Shown here in pieces: positions 21,571-26,355 of a stretch of 26,355 nucleotides of DNA (its first letter is position 1; each line of letters opens with the position of its first letter). Source of the DNA: Octopus sinensis (taxonomy: Eukaryota); the NCBI RefSeq assembly GCF_006345805.1, contig NW_021834776.1:1-26355 (forward strand), in the 5' to 3' direction. Made by a program: the position numbers and the translations under genes. The notes beneath the pieces are model-generated. The model was not told the origin of the DNA. It ran no database searches and saw only the letters and a list, made by a program, of their open reading frames with translations.

Positions 21571-22198
21571 CTCTAACTCATGAACCAATCCTCTCACATT
21601 CCTCGCCTATCGCAGTTTACTTCCACCCCTTTACTTTCAATCTCACTTCACCGCCCCCCGCAGCCCCTTCTTCCTCTGCCTACTCATCTCCCATCTCTTC
21701 CTTCCCACCCCCATGTGCAATATTATTACATCGTTTCCAAGTTCCTTAGTCTACAGGAAAACCTTTCTTTTAATAACTCCGTTTCTTAACATCGATAGAC
21801 TTTGCCATGGCCTTGTTCACATTGCGCCCTGGCTTGTTGAATTATTAGCAATTTTTAGAATTTAATTGCTATATCGATCACAGAAGTAGATTTATCCTGA
21901 TTTACTTTGAAACGAAGTCAATTAATTTGTCCGAAGACTCTGCAGGAACCAGTCAAAATTATTTGAACATCGAATACATTTCGAACATTGATAGAACAGA
22001 CGTTTCAAGTCATTTATTTATGCGCTCACACGCCATGTCTCACATACATTACTTTCATACTGAAATATGTTTTATGGCTAGACGCATGCTATAGTAATAA
22101 AAAAAAAGTATCTGACAAATTTACCAAATTCATACATATTATATGTGTATTTGTGTGCGTATGTGTGTCTATATGAATATGTGTATATATTTACGCGA

Positions 22199-22375
<177 letters not shown>

Positions 22376-23089
22376 GGGAAGGAAGAGCTATTTTCATCAT
22401 CCTTGTGGCTATGGCGAAGGAATGTATCTGGTGGACGCGTCGGAAAGGATTGGAGACAAACACTTTCCTCTCTGGTCAATCTCTCATCAACTTCTTCAAG
22501 TACCACTTGAAAAGGAAAGTGAGAGTAGAGAGGCAAGTTTTGTCTAGCGAATGTTTTAAAAAAAGATGGGTGGAATGTAGCAAGGATGGCACGTATGAAT
22601 GACGAAGCCACCTTGAGCATAATCCTATGAACCCAGAAATTGAAAACAGAGGGTTACCCACTTGCAAACAAATGTGGTAACATATAACAATATTGACCAA
22701 GGTTACCGTGGTCTTTTTCGTGGCTTTTCTTTTCTTCCCACGGATAAACCTTACTTGCTTTCCCCTTTACACCATATATCATAACACTGTGATACACGAT
22801 CCCTATTGATCGTTTTTTTTTTTTCCTCTTCCCCCTTTTTTCTTCTTTTTTTCATTTCTCTTTCCTTTTGTTCCTTTTCCTTTTCTTTTTTTTTCTTTTT
22901 ACTCCTTTTATTTTATTCAAAATTTTTTTTTTGTTCGTTTCTTCCCTTTTACGATCCCTCTTGATCGAAAACCTACGCCACCCCCTTTTTTTTTTCTTTG
23001 TTTTTTGTTCTCTTCATCCCCCAAAAGAAAAGCTCTACCTTGTAACTTGTCCCATCTGTGTGCAGCCCTGTGTGGCCAATAAAGAAACT
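22376..23089 (+). mobile_element. 5'-truncated Tx1-like LINE copy 2 (ORF2 C-terminus to 22630 plus 3'UTR)
   Basis: [43 protein letters not shown] versus copy 1 [43 protein letters not shown]; homologous to 9872-10434. Confidence 0.92.
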
Positions 23090-23118
23090 TATCTATCTAT
23101 CTACCTATCTATCTATCC

Positions 23119-23210
<92 letters not shown>

Positions 23211-23252
23211 GTCTGTCTATCTGTCTATCTGTATGTCTATCTATCTATCTAC

Positions 23253-23326
<74 letters not shown>

Positions 23327-23339
23327 GTCCGTCTGTCTT

Positions 23340-23432
<93 letters not shown>
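23090..23432. repeat. (TATC)n/(TGTC)n 3' of LINE copy 2
   Basis: Visible. Confidence 0.95.
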
Positions 23433-24280
23433 GCCTGTGAGTGTGGTGTTGGTATGCATTAAGACCGAACTATTTTGCATCAACCGGCCAAGCTTTATTT
23501 AACATTACCTCGAAAAACATTAGAAACAGAAAGAAACTTCTATAATCTTGAAATAGTACTTAGACAAATGCTTCCAAAAAGTATTAAACAGACTACCTAT
23601 ATCTGGATCCTTTTTGACTCAAAACAATTCCCTGCTTGATCGGGCTACGCAAACAGTAAACATGATCGAATGATGGCTTAAATATCCTTACCTGATGGAA
23701 GTCTCCAATATCGATTTGGATTGGCACTTAGCATTCTGTGGCAAATAATATTTGTGAATTAGCTTACCAAAATTTTCCTGTATATTTTTCTTTATTCATC
23801 GTGGTCTAAAGAAAATACTTTCAACGGTTTCAACCCCACGATTTAGACTTTTGAATTTTCATACCGCAGTTTAATTTTCTGTGGAGGTAAAATCTCAAAA
23901 TGATGTCTTGAAGGTCATGGGAGACCTTCATCGGGATCGCTAGATTTGGTAGGAATTACAGCGAAATCTTTCTTAAATCATATCTTACTCGCTTGGGGAA
24001 GAAAACGAATAGACAAATTTATTCCTAAAATTCCGAGATGATCACAGTGATTTTATGCCAGATGGATAAAAGCAAGAATTAAAAAAGAAGCAAAAAAGAT
24101 AAAGACGAAAGCAATAGCAATATCGATGATGAACCACAGATCCAAGAACTATTCGCTCTCTTCTGAAGAGTCTAGTCATTTTGCTATCCACATATACACG
24201 GAATAACTCAACATTATTTCCTTCGCTAAGCCCTCTCTCACAGATTTTATGCCGTCTCCATTAAACTAGACTGTGAAGAT

Positions 24281-24460
24281 TAAGGAGGCGAGCTGGCAGA
24301 ATTGCTAGCTTTGCGGTATTTCGTCTGCCGCCGAAGTCATCTTTGCTTTTCATCCTTTCAGGGTCGATAAATTAAGTACTAGTTGCATTCTGCGGTCGAT
24401 CGAATCGACTGGATCCCTCATCCCAAATTTCGGGCCTTGTGCCTAGAGTAGAAAAGTATA
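24281..24460 (+). mobile_element. SINE family A, tail type 2, internally deleted
   Basis: AAGGAGGCGAGCTGGCAGAA head; tail CCCAAATTTCGGGCCTTGTGCCTAGAGTAGAAAAG. Confidence 0.85.
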
Positions 24461-24472
24461 TTGATATAAACA

Positions 24473-24902
24473 AAGGCAGTGAGCTGGCAGATACGTTAGT
24501 ACGCCGGGCGAAATGCGTAGCCGTATTTCGCCTGCCGTTACGTTCTGAGTTCAAATTCCGCTGAGGTCGACTTTGCCTTTCATCCTTTCGGGGTCGATAA
24601 ATTAAGTACCAGTTACGCACTGGGGTCGATGCAATCGACTTAATCCGTTTGTCTGTCCTTGTTTGTCCCCTCTGTGTTTAGCCCCTTGTGGGTAATAAAG
24701 AAACAGATACGTTAGTACGCCGAGCGAAATGTTTAGCAATGTTCTGTCTGCCTTTACGTTCTGAGTTCAAATCCCGCGGAAGTCGACTTTGCTTTTCATA
24801 CTTTCGGGCTCGATAAAGTAACTACCAGTTGCGTACTGGGGTCGATCTAATCGACTGTCCTCCTCCCATAAAATTTTGGGCCTTGTGCCTAGAGTAGAAA
24901 GG
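24473..24902 (+). mobile_element. SINE family A tail-2 copy interrupted by a nested tail-1 copy (24507-24703)
   Basis: Head at 24473, young tail-1 body, repeated head segment at 24704, older body and tail 2 to 24902. Confidence 0.85.
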
Positions 24903-25576
24903 ATTAAACCAGACTGTGAACATAGCAGTCTTCTGTTTTTAATTAATATCATTAATGTCTTTGGGGCATAGTGTTGCTTCACACCAGTTTAATCTCTTAA
25001 TCTTTTTATCAAAATCAGGCAGATAAATTATTTCCCTTTTTATTCAGTAAATTCAGTTTTGATTTATAAACATCTCTTTAAAATGTTCATTCTAATGCTT
25101 CCCGGATTAATGTATTATTTTAGTTTTTCGTTCGGCTGTCTGAGAGAAATAAAAAAATAGAATTGTATTATTTTACTGTTTCTGTGTTTTGAAATACTCA
25201 TTCTATACGTCGACCTCTTTGCGTGCAGATTCCTTTCGCGCATAATTACCATTTTAAGTCTGCTAACCAAAGAGTCAATGATCGGTCATGAGAGAGGCAA
25301 AAATGGTTATTTGTAAAAGTCAGGTGTATGAAGAACTAAAATTCAGAAATAAAAGTCTGCTACAATAAAACAACCATATTGACGTGTTTGCCATTCCCAT
25401 GCTCCCACTTGTCATGACCAGTATCGAATCTGGTATTAAAATCTCCTAAGATGAATAATTTATCAGAGATTGCGAAAGACTTGACAAGGAGTTCAAGATT
25501 TTCTTAAAAATGTTTTTTATTATTATTTCAAAACTGACAGAATGGTAAGCGCATCGACTCTTTACGTTCTGAGGTC

Positions 25577-26355
25577 TGTTCCACCAATAGTTACTCTATT
25601 GCCCGGACACTTAAAGTGGCTGACCTCTGTTAGCTTTTGAACTTCGATAATAATGAAATCAGGTTGTGTCACTGCCTTGAAGTTCCGTCTTCCGGTTGTT
25701 TATTTTCCATCCGGACTTTGTGGCCCCACTGCCAGAAGGATCAACCAAACCCTGCGTGTCTTCTACAAGAACAGATGAAATCATACGCTAATAACAAGTA
25801 GTTTTGGTTTTAACTTAGTTCCACGACATTTTAGTCACAGCAGCTACCGTCCCTTTGTATTTAACTCTGATGTTGGAATACAGCCCTACTAAATCCCTAA
25901 TTTAACATTAAACTATACAATGCTGGACTGTGTAACCCAAGCCTTCATAGCTCTGTGTAGAGACTCTATGATACAAATGAACATCTAAAACTAGATATTA
26001 CGTATCAAAGGCACCACAGGTTTCATGCTTCCAGTACCCCCATAAACACAACAAAGATCACACTCAATACATACCTATGGTTTTTCTACTCCTCCGGAGC
26101 TCCCTACGGAGTTGTAATTTACTCAGTTGTTATTTTCTCATACCGTTTAAGTAATACACTTCCAAAGAACTTCCCAAGTATAGCATCGAGAGAAATTCGC
26201 GATAGTTTCCACATCCTTTCCTCTGACTTTCTTTGATAATAGCAACAGTAATATCATATTTATATTTCAAATTAGACATTCCGAGTCTTTCATAGCCATC
26301 TCATGGAAGTATCGAATTAGTTTGTTTCCTCCACTTTCCATCCTTCTTCTGGAAT
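25577..26355 (-). pseudogene. Highly degenerate RTE-like LINE reverse transcriptase relic
   Basis: Minus-strand stitched translation GCGNYR (26199-26213) / ISLDAILGKFFGSVLLKR / IESLHRAMKAWV / FNVKLGI**GCI (QGC motif, 25877-25897) / EDTQGLVD..GWKINNRKTE / KLTEVSHFKCPG follows the RT motif order. The RTE clade call is from recalled resemblance. Confidence 0.7.

Noticed and set aside
19752-21789. Long ORFs of 247-321 aa with poly-V/L/S/F/H
   Set aside because: Triplet repeats lacking stops in those frames; not evidence of coding.
23909-23930. Hairpin TGAAGGTC-ATGGGA-GACCTTCA; the minus strand resembles stem II of the 1410 motif
   Set aside because: An 8-bp stem is plausible by chance, and the catalytic GAAA is absent.

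Overview
Eukaryotic, AT-rich, repeat-saturated DNA. It resembles an octopod (cephalopod) genome, but that assignment comes from recall of similar SINEs and microsatellite density and is unverified. No intact host gene, rRNA, true tRNA or CRISPR is supported, and most ORF-track entries are microsatellite artefacts. Main content: (1) a ~6 kb degenerate Tx1/L1-clade LINE (ORF1 with zinc-knuckle relic; ORF2 with APE endonuclease, RT and CCHC; many frameshifts) ending in (TATC)n; (2) a 5'-truncated relative embedded in (TATC)n on both sides; (3) at least five tRNA-derived SINE types, here labelled A-E, several nested or in tandem; (4) relics of two mariner transposases, an R4/Dong-like LINE and an RTE LINE; (5) two long foldback palindromes. 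The most interesting signals are a putative (TATC)n-targeting Tx1-like LINE whose last ~41 nt are shared with SINE A (a candidate LINE-SINE pair), a recurring CUUGU-loop terminal hairpin, a covarying 3'UTR stem, and a candidate minimal hammerhead ribozyme with a U3:A8 core variant. All alignments and translations were done by eye; boundaries are approximate unless motif positions are quoted.
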